DNA from: Candidatus Nanohalarchaeota archaeon
GTDB lineage: Archaea > Nanohalarchaeota > Nanosalinia > Nanosalinales > Nanosalinaceae
Assembly (NCBI GenBank): GCA_022729235.1
Contig: JALDAJ010000001.1
Span: 224,001 to 288,000, forward strand
DNA length: 64,000 nt
Direction of reading: 5' to 3'
Positions 9,347-18,355 of the stretch are shown piece by piece (the first letter of the stretch is position 1; every line of letters starts with the position of its first letter). The notes below the pieces were generated by a model. It was not told the origin of the DNA. It saw only the letters and a program-made list of their open reading frames with translations, and did not search any database. The translations under genes were made by a program, and so were the position numbers.

Positions 9347-9628
9347 ATGGCATCAGAAGTACGTGCATCCCACATCCTGGTCGACAGCAAGGAAAAAGCA
9401 CAGAACATAAAAGAACAGCTGGACAACGGAAAAAGCTTTGAACAGCTGGCAAAGGAGGCAAGCGAATGTCCCTCATCGGAGAAAGGAGGAGACCTCGGAT
9501 TTTTCGGAAAAGGTGACATGGTCAAGCCGTTCGAGAGGAAGGCGTTCAGCATGGATGTCGGCGACGTTTCCGGACCTGTCAAGACAGAGTTCGGGCATCA
9601 CCTGATCAAGAAGACTGATGAACGCTGA
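9347..9628 (+). CDS. Parvulin-type peptidyl-prolyl isomerase (PpiC/Par10-like)
   Basis: ASHILV, SECPS..KGGDLGFF, MVKPFE, VKTEFGHHLI. Confidence 0.93.
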   Translation: MASEVRASHILVDSKEKAQNIKEQLDNGKSFEQLAKEASECPSSEKGGDLGFFGKGDMVKPFERKAFSMDVGDVSGPVKTEFGHHLIKKTDER

Positions 9629-9678
9629 ACGCTGTCCACCCTTTATAAAATTTAGAGTGAAGTTGAGTGGTACGGGTT

Positions 9679-10170
9679 ATGTCTGAGACAAAAGAAGTTG
9701 TAAGAATTGCAAGAACAGATATCGACGGCACCAAGCCTGTAGCCAAAGCTATAACCTCACTGCAGGGTGTCGGCGAGACTTACGGTCACGCAGTATCACA
9801 GGTAATAGATGTAGATACAGAGACCAAGATAGGAGACCTTAGCGATGAAGAAATCGATAAAATCGAGGATACTATAAGAAGCCCGGAGGAAGCCGGAATC
9901 CCTGAATGGCTCAGAAACAGAAGAAAAGATAGGGAAGAAGGAGATGACCAGCACCTGATAGGTTCGGATCTTGAACTGAAAGAAGAATTCGATATCAGGC
10001 GCCTGAAAGAAATCGACTCGTACAAGGGCTGGAGACACGAAATCGGACTACCTGTTAGAGGACAGAAGACCAAGTCCTCGTTCAGATCAGGTTCAAAAAT
10101 CGGTGTTTCACGCGCACGCCTAAGAGAAGAAGCTTCCGAAGGCGGCGGAGACGACGAAGGTGAGGAGTAA
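9679..10170 (+). CDS. rps13: 30S ribosomal protein S13
   Basis: VRIARTDIDG, WLRNRRKD, GLPVRGQKTKS. Confidence 0.96.
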   Translation: MSETKEVVRIARTDIDGTKPVAKAITSLQGVGETYGHAVSQVIDVDTETKIGDLSDEEIDKIEDTIRSPEEAGIPEWLRNRRKDREEGDDQHLIGSDLELKEEFDIRRLKEIDSYKGWRHEIGLPVRGQKTKSSFRSGSKIGVSRARLREEASEGGGDDEGEE

Positions 10171-10192
10171 TGCACGGACAAGGTGATTTTGA

Positions 10193-10783
10193 GTGGTAAA
10201 AAAACTGAAGAAGCAGTACGAGACTCCTAACGAAGGATGGAACCAGGAAAGAATTAACAGAGAAATAGAGCTTATGGAGGAATACGGACTGAAGAACAAG
10301 GAAGAAGTCTTCAAAGCCCAGAGCCAGCTAAGAAGCCTGAGACGCGAAGCCCGTAACCTGGTAGCATCGGAAAACGAGAAGGAAAGGAAAGATCTTATTG
10401 AGAAAGCCAACCGGCTAGGGATTGTAAAAAAGGATGCAGAGCTTGAGGATATACTATCCCTAAGTGTTACAGACTTCCTTAACAGGAGACTCCAGACCGC
10501 AGTAAACAGGCGAGGATATACAGACACAGTGCAGGAGGCACGACAGCTTGTTGTTCACGGTCACGTTTACGTCAACGGACAGAGAGTAAACGTCCCGAGC
10601 TACATGCTTACACAGGAGGAAGAAAAAGGTATAGAGGTAATACTGCCTGAACCAGAAGATGAAGAAACAGAGCAGGAAGAAGATGAAGCCGAAGCAGAAA
10701 CAGGTGAAGAAGAGGAAACGGAAGAAAATGAAGAAGCAGAGGAAAAAACTGACGAAGAATCCGAAACGGAGGAAGAAGAATGA
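10193..10783 (+). CDS. rps4: 30S ribosomal protein S4 with long acidic tail
   Basis: [26 protein letters not shown]; SD GGTGA; GTG start. Confidence 0.96.
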   Translation: MVKKLKKQYETPNEGWNQERINREIELMEEYGLKNKEEVFKAQSQLRSLRREARNLVASENEKERKDLIEKANRLGIVKKDAELEDILSLSVTDFLNRRLQTAVNRRGYTDTVQEARQLVVHGHVYVNGQRVNVPSYMLTQEEEKGIEVILPEPEDEETEQEEDEAEAETGEEEETEENEEAEEKTDEESETEEEE

Positions 10784-11160
10784 CTAAAGGAATAGTTAAC
10801 ATCTACTCAAGCTTCAATAACACGATAATCCACATAACTGATGCTACAGGAGCTGAAACAATTTCCCGTATATCATCAGGCATGGTTACCGACAAAGGTC
10901 GGCTCCAGGGAGAACCGTTCCCTGCTATGAAGGCAGCGAAACAAGCAGTAGAGGAGGCACTGGAGAAAGGCATAGAAGAAGTAGACATCCAGGTAAGAGC
11001 ACCTGGAGGACAGAAACAGAAGATGCCCGGGAAAGGCGCACAGCCAGCTATCCGTGCGATTTCACGAAGCGAAATCGATGTCGGAAACATCGAAGACGTT
11101 ACACCCGAACCACACGACGGCGTAAGAGCCAAAGGCGGTAAGAGAGGTCGAAGAGTATGA
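10780..11160 (+). CDS. rps11: 30S ribosomal protein S11
   Basis: [40 protein letters not shown]. Confidence 0.97.
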   Translation: MTKGIVNIYSSFNNTIIHITDATGAETISRISSGMVTDKGRLQGEPFPAMKAAKQAVEEALEKGIEEVDIQVRAPGGQKQKMPGKGAQPAIRAISRSEIDVGNIEDVTPEPHDGVRAKGGKRGRRV

Positions 11161-11729
11161 ATATCGAAGTTGAAACAGAAGAAGACGGCGTCATGGAACT
11201 AAGACTTGAAAACGGGAACGCCGCAGTAGCGAACACTCTAAGACGCACAATGATGGCTAAAGTACCAACCCTCGCGGTACAGCACCTGGATATCGTGAAG
11301 AACGAGTCAGGTATTTTCGATGAAGTCCTGGCTAACAGGGTCGGACAGGTACCATTTACTATACCCGATAACGTTGAAGAAGGCGATACCGTGAACATCG
11401 CCCTGAAACAGGAAGGACCCGGAACAGTACTCGCTGAAGATCTCAAAACAGACAACGACGAGGCAGAACCTGTCAACCCAGAAGCTGTATTAGTCAGCCT
11501 GAAAGAAGATCAGGCACTGGAATTCGAGGCAGAAGCACAGCTAGGACGCGGTAAGGACCACACCAAACACCAGGGAGGAACAATCGGCTACGAGAAAGTC
11601 GATGAAGGAGAATTCCTCTTCAGGATAGAATCAACTTCCGGCTACAGCAACGAAGAACTCGTGGAAGCTGCGATTCAAGAAGTCAAGCAGGAACTTGATG
11701 AGTTCGAAGAAGCAGTTGAAGAGCTGTAG
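11157..11729 (+). CDS. rpoD: RNA polymerase subunit Rpo3/D (short form)
   Basis: [40 protein letters not shown]; position after rps11. Confidence 0.93.
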   Translation: MNIEVETEEDGVMELRLENGNAAVANTLRRTMMAKVPTLAVQHLDIVKNESGIFDEVLANRVGQVPFTIPDNVEEGDTVNIALKQEGPGTVLAEDLKTDNDEAEPVNPEAVLVSLKEDQALEFEAEAQLGRGKDHTKHQGGTIGYEKVDEGEFLFRIESTSGYSNEELVEAAIQEVKQELDEFEEAVEEL

Positions 11730-11814
11730 AATTTTTCTCTCATTCTGGATAACCTACCTCCCCCACTTTAAACTCTTCTACATTAATTCTCCTCTAGAGC
11801 CAGCTGTATCCAAC

Positions 11815-11965
11815 GCCGGGGTGGCCGAGTGGCTAAAGGCGCGGGACTTAAGTTCCTCAAGTTCTCCGACAGGGAGAACGAGGACCTAGAAGCGAACGCA
11901 CGTGAGCTTCGTGAGGATATCCCGTCCCCGCAGGGGGTGCGCGAGTTCAAATCTCGCCCCCGGCA
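11815..11965 (+). tRNA. tRNA-Leu(TAA) with 66-nt intron 11853-11918
   Basis: Acceptor GCCGGGG/CCCCGGC, anticodon TAA 11849-11851, long variable arm. Confidence 0.92.
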
Positions 11966-11978
11966 AATAATTTTTTCT

Positions 11979-12043
11979 GGCGAGATTTAATAAGCGGCAG
12001 AAAATCTCCGATTTTCAACCGAGTTCAAATCCCTGCCCCGGCA
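11979..12043 (+). repeat. Inverted T-arm copy, core hairpin and direct copy of the tRNA-Leu 3' end
   Basis: ggcgagatttaa; gcagaaaatc-tcc-gattttcaa; cgagttcaaatccctgccccggca. Confidence 0.8.
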
Positions 12044-12121
12044 TTTTCAGTGCTTACAAGCTGTAAGAACAGACCTTCCGAAAAGTTTAGGCAAGCCTAA
12101 AAAAGGTTGTACTCTAGTGCA

Positions 12122-12376
12122 ATGTTTGTTATGTCCTATAGTAAAGATTTCTCCCATCTTGAAGACACAGTGAAAACCTGCCTAGGAGACGGTTATGGAG
12201 TCAGTATAGGCACCAATAATGATAATTTTGAGGTCTACGTGACACCAGCAGACGGGCTAAGCAGCGAAGAGTTGGAAAAAATTGAAGAAGACGTACGTCG
12301 AGCTATCAATCCAGGAGCATACTGCGACAGTCACAGACTTGAGGAGTTCTATAGAGTGAGAATCCGCGCCCCATAG
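12122..12376 (+). CDS. Hypothetical protein inserted in the ribosomal cluster
   Basis: Acidic ORF, no recognised motif. Confidence 0.5.
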   Translation: MFVMSYSKDFSHLEDTVKTCLGDGYGVSIGTNNDNFEVYVTPADGLSSEELEKIEEDVRRAINPGAYCDSHRLEEFYRVRIRAP

Positions 12377-12452
12377 CTCTCAAACCATGACACCAGCGCA
12401 ACCGATTTATAAAGTTTTATCTCAACTGAATGACTACAGCCATCAGTGGTCT

Positions 12453-12500
12453 CGGTCGAACCTCTGGTTCGAGCCGTTGAGAAGATCTCTGATCTTCGAA
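12453..12500 (+). repeat. Two-hairpin palindromic element in the rpl18e 5' leader
   Basis: cggtcgaacc-tct-ggttcgagccg ttga-gaagatc-tct-gatcttc-ga; TATA tttataaa at about 12406. Confidence 0.8.
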
Positions 12501-12518
12501 CCGCGAGGTGAATACATC

Positions 12519-12869
12519 ATGGATAAAAACGCAGACCCAACCAACCCAGTACTTATCGAAACTCTAGATGTTCTTGAGGAGCAGGAAGCTCCTATATGGA
12601 ACTCAGTTAGAGAAAACCTTGGAAAAGTTAACCGTCAACGACCTGAAGTCAATATATCGGATATCGAAAGGATCGCAGAGGACGGAGAAACAGTTGTTGT
12701 ACCTGGTAAAGTACTTGGAGCCGGAAGACTGACAAAGAACGTTACAGTCTCCGCATTCGACGTTTCAAAAGGTGCAAGACAGAAAATCGAAGAAGACGGC
12801 GAGTTCATGTTTATCCAGGATTTAGTTGAGGAAAATCCCGAAGGAGAAGGGGTGAGAATAGTAAAATGA
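12519..12869 (+). CDS. rpl18e: 50S ribosomal protein L18e
   Basis: TNPVL, APIW, VNISDI, VVPGKVLGAG; SD GAGGTGA. Confidence 0.95.
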   Translation: MDKNADPTNPVLIETLDVLEEQEAPIWNSVRENLGKVNRQRPEVNISDIERIAEDGETVVVPGKVLGAGRLTKNVTVSAFDVSKGARQKIEEDGEFMFIQDLVEENPEGEGVRIVK

Positions 12870-13303
12870 CTGATACAGAAAATGTGGTAGTGATCAACGC
12901 TGAAGGCAAAGTAATCGGAAGACTGGCGTCAGAAATCGCGAGAAAAGTTAGAGACGGAGAAGAAGTAAGAGTTGTGAACTCTGAAAAAGTAGTTATCTCA
13001 GGCGATGAAGAAGAGATAAAAGCTGATTACAGACAGAGACACGAGAGAGGCGCAAGACACGACGGTCCTTACTTCCCAAAGAGACCTGACAAGATACTGA
13101 AGAGAACAGTCAGAGGCATGCTACCGTACAAGAACCAAGAGGGTCGAGAGGCATTCAAAAGAGTCAAGACCTACCTGGGTGTCCCTGAAGAGTTCGAAGA
13201 CTACGAAGAAGTTGAAGAGGTCAAGGAAGGAGACGAGCTGAAGAACCGGAACTATGTAAAACTTGGCGAAGTATCCAAGCACATCGGGTGGACTCCTAGA
13301 TGA
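12866..13303 (+). CDS. rpl13: 50S ribosomal protein L13
   Basis: IGRLAS, GPYFPKRPD, RTVRGMLPYK. Confidence 0.96.
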   Translation: MTDTENVVVINAEGKVIGRLASEIARKVRDGEEVRVVNSEKVVISGDEEEIKADYRQRHERGARHDGPYFPKRPDKILKRTVRGMLPYKNQEGREAFKRVKTYLGVPEEFEDYEEVEEVKEGDELKNRNYVKLGEVSKHIGWTPR

Positions 13304-13707
13304 GCGATGAAGCATTCGGAACCGGGAAAAGAAAGACAGCGAAGGCTAGAGCAAGCATAGAAGAGGGCGAAGGAACACTTAGGATTAACTCCAAGCCCCT
13401 GCACACGCTGCCCAAGATGTCCCAGCAGAGGATTAAAGAACCGCTTACCATCGCTGGCGAAGAAATAATAGAAGAAATCAGCATAGAGGTCAATAGCAAC
13501 GGGGGCGGAGTACAGGGACAGGCAGAAGCCATCAGGATGGCTATCGCCCGCGCACTAGTAGAATACACAGACAGCGACGAACTCGAAAACAAGTTCCGTG
13601 AATACGACAGGAACATGCTGGTCGAGGACCCACGAAGAACTGAGACCAGAAAACCCTCACAGTCGAGCAAAGGAGCCCGACACAAACAACAGAAGTCCTA
13701 CAGGTGA
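13300..13707 (+). CDS. rps9: 30S ribosomal protein S9
   Basis: GKRKTAKARA, GGGVQGQAEA, DPRRTE, QKSYR. Confidence 0.97.
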   Translation: MSDEAFGTGKRKTAKARASIEEGEGTLRINSKPLHTLPKMSQQRIKEPLTIAGEEIIEEISIEVNSNGGGVQGQAEAIRMAIARALVEYTDSDELENKFREYDRNMLVEDPRRTETRKPSQSSKGARHKQQKSYR

Positions 13708-13764
13708 TCAGCAGTGCATTTCACTGAAATGGACTTCGCAAAAACTCACGGAGGTGAGTTTTGA

Positions 13765-13962
13765 GTGCAGATACCAGTTAGATGTCTTTCATGCGGAAAA
13801 GTTATCGCAGACAAGTGGGAAGAATTCCAGGAACGTACAGAAGAAGGTGAGGACGCTGGAGAAGTACTTGACGACCTCGGAGTCGACAAATACTGCTGCA
13901 GAACAATCTTCCTGACCCATGTCGACACAATCGATGAAATCGGGGAACACAAGATTACTTGA
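13765..13962 (+). CDS. rpoN: RNA polymerase subunit Rpo10/N
   Basis: IPVRCLSCGKV, LDDLG..YCCR; GTG start with SD GGAGGTGA. Confidence 0.96.
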   Translation: MQIPVRCLSCGKVIADKWEEFQERTEEGEDAGEVLDDLGVDKYCCRTIFLTHVDTIDEIGEHKIT

Positions 13963-14344
13963 GTAACTTCCTCAGCGCTGGAAGAATCATCTCCAGATTA
14001 GGAGCCAGCTCTATATCCTCCAGCTTAGAGGAGTCAATCCACTCCATCTCAGAGAATTTTTCCTCTTTTATCTCCGGCTCTCCGCTCTTTATCTTCGAAA
14101 GATATCCGTGCCAGAGAAAAAGTTCTCCATCATGCTGGAACTCTCCGCTGAAAAACGGTTTCTCAAGCGCCACTTCGACACCGAGTTCCTCCCCTGCCTC
14201 CCTCACAGCGGCTTCGGTCGGCGACTCCTCGTCTTCAACCTTGCCACCAGGCACCTCCCACCAACATTCATCTTCCCTGTAAAGAAGGAGGACCTTGCCG
14301 TTCTCGACTATAACATTACCTGCAAGTTCAGTTACGCCGCTCAT
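13955..14344 (-). CDS. NUDIX hydrolase
   Basis: PGGKVE..ES..EAAVREAGEELG. Confidence 0.92.
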   Translation of the reverse strand: MSGVTELAGNVIVENGKVLLLYREDECWWEVPGGKVEDEESPTEAAVREAGEELGVEVALEKPFFSGEFQHDGELFLWHGYLSKIKSGEPEIKEEKFSEMEWIDSSKLEDIELAPNLEMILPALRKLLK

Positions 14345-14498
14345 AACTCCTCTGCACCCTCCCGGAGTTCATTTATTTCTCGATTATTTCCCGAAAACAG
14401 GCATCCTACCACCATAAAATCTCCATATCACTGGAAATTTCTTAATCTTCCGGATATATCAGTCAGGTTTTTATTCCAGCCTCCTTCAAACCTTCCTA

Positions 14499-16742
14499 AT
14501 GGGTATCGATAGTTTCCTGGACAAGCTGAAATCAAGTGATGAGGACTTCGAGGAGCAGATTGAACAGCTCCAGGAGGAGGAAACAACCGAGGTACGGAAC
14601 CAGATCAATAATGCTATCGGCGAATCACTTTCAGAGCTTGAAAATGAGTGGAAGAAGGCGTTCGAGACATACCGGAAACGCGACCAAGAACGCTTCCTTG
14701 AGGCAGTCAAGAACATAAAGAGAAATATAGTTGAGGAAATATCCGAGGAACTGGGGGAAATAACTGAACGAGAGCACGAAGAGATAGAACAGCAGATAAA
14801 AACACAGTTAGGGACTTTTGAACAGCGGCTAGGAAACGTAGAACAGGAATTAAAGCACGATATTGGTACAAAGGCAGACAGAAACTGGGTAGAAGAACTT
14901 GAAGACCGTATCGAACAGTTTCTAGAAGAAGAAAAACAGCTCGAAGAAGAATTTGACGGATTCAGGTCCGAAACCAACTCCCGCCTCAACGAGCTTCGGA
15001 CTGATACGTCAGAGAACCGAGAAATAGTGAAGAGCCTCCAGGAAAACCTGGAGAAGCATGAATCCGGCACTGATAACCGATTCGAGAAGCACCGGGATAG
15101 ACTAAACGCTGAAAGCCAGACCCGGGAAGAGATGGAGGAACGCCTCAAGAACAGGATATCCTCGCTCTCGACCGAGTTCGACTCCATGGAGGAGTCTGTA
15201 CACGAGAAGACACAGAACGTACTTGACTCGAACAAGAAGATGTCCCAGAGACTGGACAACATCCAGAAACGGATGGACGAAGCCGGGGAGGCAAGACTGA
15301 ATCTCCGTGAGGAACTTGAAAAAGAACGGGAGCAACGTCTCGAAGAAGTAAAGAACAAGGTGATAGAAAAGACACCAGATCATGAAGATGTCAACAGACT
15401 CCGGGAGAAGCATGCCTCGCTCCAGAACGAGATGGATGAGAAAGCTGAAACAACCGAGATAAGCCGGCTTGAGGAGAACATCGGATCTTTCGAGAAAAGA
15501 CTTGACAGTTTATCAGAAACATTACCGGAGAAACATGAGATTCAGAACCTTGAAGACCGGGTGGAAGAAGTCAAAGAGGAATTATACGGATCTCTGGATG
15601 AGACACGCGGAGACCTGCACGAACGGATTGAGGAGAAAGTTGCGGAGATACAGGAAGAGATAAACCAGCTCGAGGACGCGGCAGAACACGACCGGAACGA
15701 GCTCTGGGGTAAGACAAGCGAACTCGGCTCCTGGCTGGAATCCATACAGGGACGGGTTGAAGAGGTTGAAGACAACAGGGACGAGTTCTGGGACAACCTT
15801 GAGACCACGAGAGCGGAACAGCGGGAGCTAAGGCAGGATGTTGAAGAAAAAGAAGAGAATCTGTCATCTAGAATAGAGGGTGTCGAGAACTCTCTCAATT
15901 CACGGGCAGATAACCTTGAGGAAAACATGTCACAGAACAAGAGCGAGCTGGAAGCCCGGATAGAAAGGGAGACCGGAGAAGTGAGAGATAAACTATCTTC
16001 AAGAATCCAGGATGTTGAAAGCGGTGCTGAGTCAAGAATGGACTCTATACAACAGAGCATATCCGAGACAAAGAACGACTTCGAGACCCAGCTGGACAGG
16101 AAGACAAAGATGTTGAGACAGGATCTAAACGATAATTTAGAGCAGGAAGTCGAGATACTTGACAACAAAGTTGAATCCAACAGGGATAGTCGTGAATCGA
16201 TGAGAAGCGAAGTGAAAGGAGAGCTCCAGTCTGTAGAGAAGAAAGTTGACAGCCTCAACCAGGAGATGGAAGGACTGCGTTCAAGGCTCGAAGACGAAAA
16301 AGCAAACCTGAAACAGGAGCTGATGAATGTAGAAAACGAGATCGATGATCTCAGATCAGAAATAGGGAAAAAAGCGGACAAATCCCGGTTCTCAAACATC
16401 GATGTCGAAGCTCTACACCGCAATGCACAGCAGTTGCAGGAAAGAGCAGAAACCGCGCCCGGTAGCGGTACCGCACCGCCCGAAAACAACAATCAACAGG
16501 ATTTAAGCGATACTCTGAGACCCTCCGAAGTTACCTGGAACATGGAAGGTAACCGTGCAAAAGTAGAGGGAAGTTTAGAGTTCAGGAGAAATATTGACGG
16601 CAACTACCTGTACACTTTCTCAGACGGACAGGACAGCATCATAGTCAAGAGCAACTTAAGACTTGAAGAAGGACCGGAAACGCTTACAGGAAGAATAAAG
16701 ACAATGGACGACATTCTCTACCTCGAACCTGAACACGCTTAA
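14499..16742 (+). CDS. Long acidic coiled-coil protein with small C-terminal beta (OB-fold-like) domain
   Basis: About 640 aa of heptad pattern, Pro/Gly linker, then YLYTFSDGQDSIIVK; no Walker motifs. Confidence 0.75.
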   Translation: MGIDSFLDKLKSSDEDFEEQIEQLQEEETTEVRNQINNAIGESLSELENEWKKAFETYRKRDQERFLEAVKNIKRNIVEEISEELGEITEREHEEIEQQIKTQLGTFEQRLGNVEQELKHDIGTKADRNWVEELEDRIEQFLEEEKQLEEEFDGFRSETNSRLNELRTDTSENREIVKSLQENLEKHESGTDNRFEKHRDRLNAESQTREEMEERLKNRISSLSTEFDSMEESVHEKTQNVLDSNKKMSQRLDNIQKRMDEAGEARLNLREELEKEREQRLEEVKNKVIEKTPDHEDVNRLREKHASLQNEMDEKAETTEISRLEENIGSFEKRLDSLSETLPEKHEIQNLEDRVEEVKEELYGSLDETRGDLHERIEEKVAEIQEEINQLEDAAEHDRNELWGKTSELGSWLESIQGRVEEVEDNRDEFWDNLETTRAEQRELRQDVEEKEENLSSRIEGVENSLNSRADNLEENMSQNKSELEARIERETGEVRDKLSSRIQDVESGAESRMDSIQQSISETKNDFETQLDRKTKMLRQDLNDNLEQEVEILDNKVESNRDSRESMRSEVKGELQSVEKKVDSLNQEMEGLRSRLEDEKANLKQELMNVENEIDDLRSEIGKKADKSRFSNIDVEALHRNAQQLQERAETAPGSGTAPPENNNQQDLSDTLRPSEVTWNMEGNRAKVEGSLEFRRNIDGNYLYTFSDGQDSIIVKSNLRLEEGPETLTGRIKTMDDILYLEPEHA

Positions 16743-16780
16743 AAGTGTTATACTCGATTTCTTCTATACTCATTTACAAT

Positions 16781-16855
16781 GCGGCCGTGGTGTAGTCCGG
16801 TCAATCATCTCGGCCTTTCGAGCCGATCACCCGGGTTCAAATCCCGGCGGCCGCA
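16781..16855 (+). tRNA. tRNA-Glu(TTC), no intron
   Basis: GCGGCCG/CGGCCGC acceptor, TCGGC-CT-TTC-GA-GCCGA. Confidence 0.95.
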
Positions 16856-16877
16856 TAACCTTTCAGGTTCTACTTGA

Positions 16878-16911
16878 GCCGGGTTTTGAAGGAAAAATCC
16901 TGGCGGCCGCA
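16878..16911 (+). repeat. Inverted and direct copy of the tRNA-Glu 3' end
   Basis: gccgggttttgaa (antisense of ttcaaatcccggc) then aaatcctggcggccgca. Confidence 0.75.
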
Positions 16912-16932
16912 CTTAATTATCTTCTATAAACA

Positions 16933-17250
16933 CTACTCGTTATTCTGCTTATACGTGCTCCACATGTAAACCAGTCTCTTGAAACAGTTCTTCCAGTCGT
17001 CTTCTCTGGTGAAGAACATCTTCTTCCATTCACCATCAATTTTCAGCATTATAGAGGGAAAAACAGGGTCAAGCTCGAAATCCAGGTCTTCTACATCCGA
17101 ATATTTCACGGAGTCAAGTATGATCTCTCTCGAAAACATGTCCGAAATCCGCTCCCAGTCCTCCACATCTTCTCTTTCCCGGGAAATACTTCCAAGACCT
17201 AAAGTGACATCACCCAGTTTTGATTCAAAGGTCTCCTCATCTTCGTTCAT
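16933..17250 (-). CDS. Hypothetical protein
   Basis: Acidic ORF abutting the citryl-CoA lyase stop. Confidence 0.65.
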   Translation of the reverse strand: MNEDEETFESKLGDVTLGLGSISREREDVEDWERISDMFSREIILDSVKYSDVEDLDFELDPVFPSIMLKIDGEWKKMFFTREDDWKNCFKRLVYMWSTYKQNNE

Positions 17251-17952
17251 CTAATCACCGATGTACTCTCCTTCTTCACGCCGGAAGTCTTCCTCGTCCA
17301 TCTCTTCACGTACGTGCGCGACGAGTCCCGGTGTCCTCGCGATTATGAACAATCCTTTCCCAAGTTCAGGCTCCCAGCCGAGGTCAGACATAACCGAGGC
17401 GATAGCACCGTCCACATTGATAACCAGCCGTGTCTTCCTTTCTGCGAACTCTTCCTGTATCCGTCTTATCTTCTCAACGTGCTCTCCAGCGATGCCAAGT
17501 TCTTCCGCTTTCTCGAATATCTTCTCGGCTCTAGGATCCTCCTCGTCATAGACCTTATGCCCTATACCAGGGAGTTTCTCACCCCTGTCGAGGCATCCTT
17601 CAACTATCTCTTCCGCCCCGTCTTCCTGCTGGAGCATCTCCATCGCGCCCTCGATAGCGCCACCGTGCTTGTCGCCGAGCGCGAGCACGCCAGAGGCTAC
17701 ACTAGCATTCATATCGTTTCCTCCGCTCTGGACGGTGCGGGCGGAAACAGTTGACGGGTTGCCGATGCCGTGGTCGATACAGCTCGAAAGTATCGTGTTG
17801 AAAATTTCCGATTCTCCGTCGCTTGGCTCTTCCCCTCTCAGCACCAGCCAGATAGCGTCCGCGAAATCCATGTCCATCACGTCTTCCAGTAGCTCTCCTC
17901 GGACAACCGCGTCCTCACCGCTTGAAGAGATACTAGTCTCCCACTCCGACAT
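17251..17952 (-). CDS. Citryl-CoA lyase (citrate-synthase-like fold)
   Basis: DHG..PS, HGGA, PGIGH, DPRA, NVDG, ARTPGLVAH; about 233 aa. Confidence 0.87.
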   Translation of the reverse strand: MSEWETSISSSGEDAVVRGELLEDVMDMDFADAIWLVLRGEEPSDGESEIFNTILSSCIDHGIGNPSTVSARTVQSGGNDMNASVASGVLALGDKHGGAIEGAMEMLQQEDGAEEIVEGCLDRGEKLPGIGHKVYDEEDPRAEKIFEKAEELGIAGEHVEKIRRIQEEFAERKTRLVINVDGAIASVMSDLGWEPELGKGLFIIARTPGLVAHVREEMDEEDFRREEGEYIGD

Positions 17953-18355
17953 GTTCTTCACCCGATTTGTTGATCGAGATTTGTCGCATCGTAAGGTCTT
18001 CCAGTATCTCGTTTACCGATACTTCGCCTGGTTCAAGGGCTTTCAAGAGAGATGAGCCGACCCTTTTCCTCCAGACCTCATCTATTTTCTCTCGGGTCCT
18101 ACCCGAACCATCTTCATAGGTAAGCTCGATTACCGCATTTTCCTCACCGCTGGCGTAGACCTCTATAGTATGACTTGAAGAATCTATTTTCAGGTAACGC
18201 GCATCCTCTCCCAGTTGCATCTCTAGAGATTCCTCGTCCTCATATCTGTCACCGTGGTCGCGTAGTTGTGCCAAAAAACGGTTAATATCATACTCCTCAC
18301 CTATACTACTTTTCCGGTAAGCAATACCTCCTTCTCTTCCGTATAACGTCCTCAA
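17933..18355 (-). CDS. Hypothetical protein within the citrate operon
   Basis: Overlaps both neighbours; acidic. Confidence 0.55.
   Translation of the reverse strand: MRTLYGREGGIAYRKSSIGEEYDINRFLAQLRDHGDRYEDEESLEMQLGEDARYLKIDSSSHTIEVYASGEENAVIELTYEDGSGRTREKIDEVWRKRVGSSLLKALEPGEVSVNEILEDLTMRQISINKSGEEHVGVGD

Noticed and set aside
11966-12043. Prophage or island attR sites at tRNA 3' duplications
   Set aside because: Spacing is under 130 bp, no integrase, and inverted copies are present; a fully deleted island cannot be formally excluded.
14499-16742. SMC/Rad50
   Set aside because: No Walker A/B, signature motif, hinge or zinc hook.
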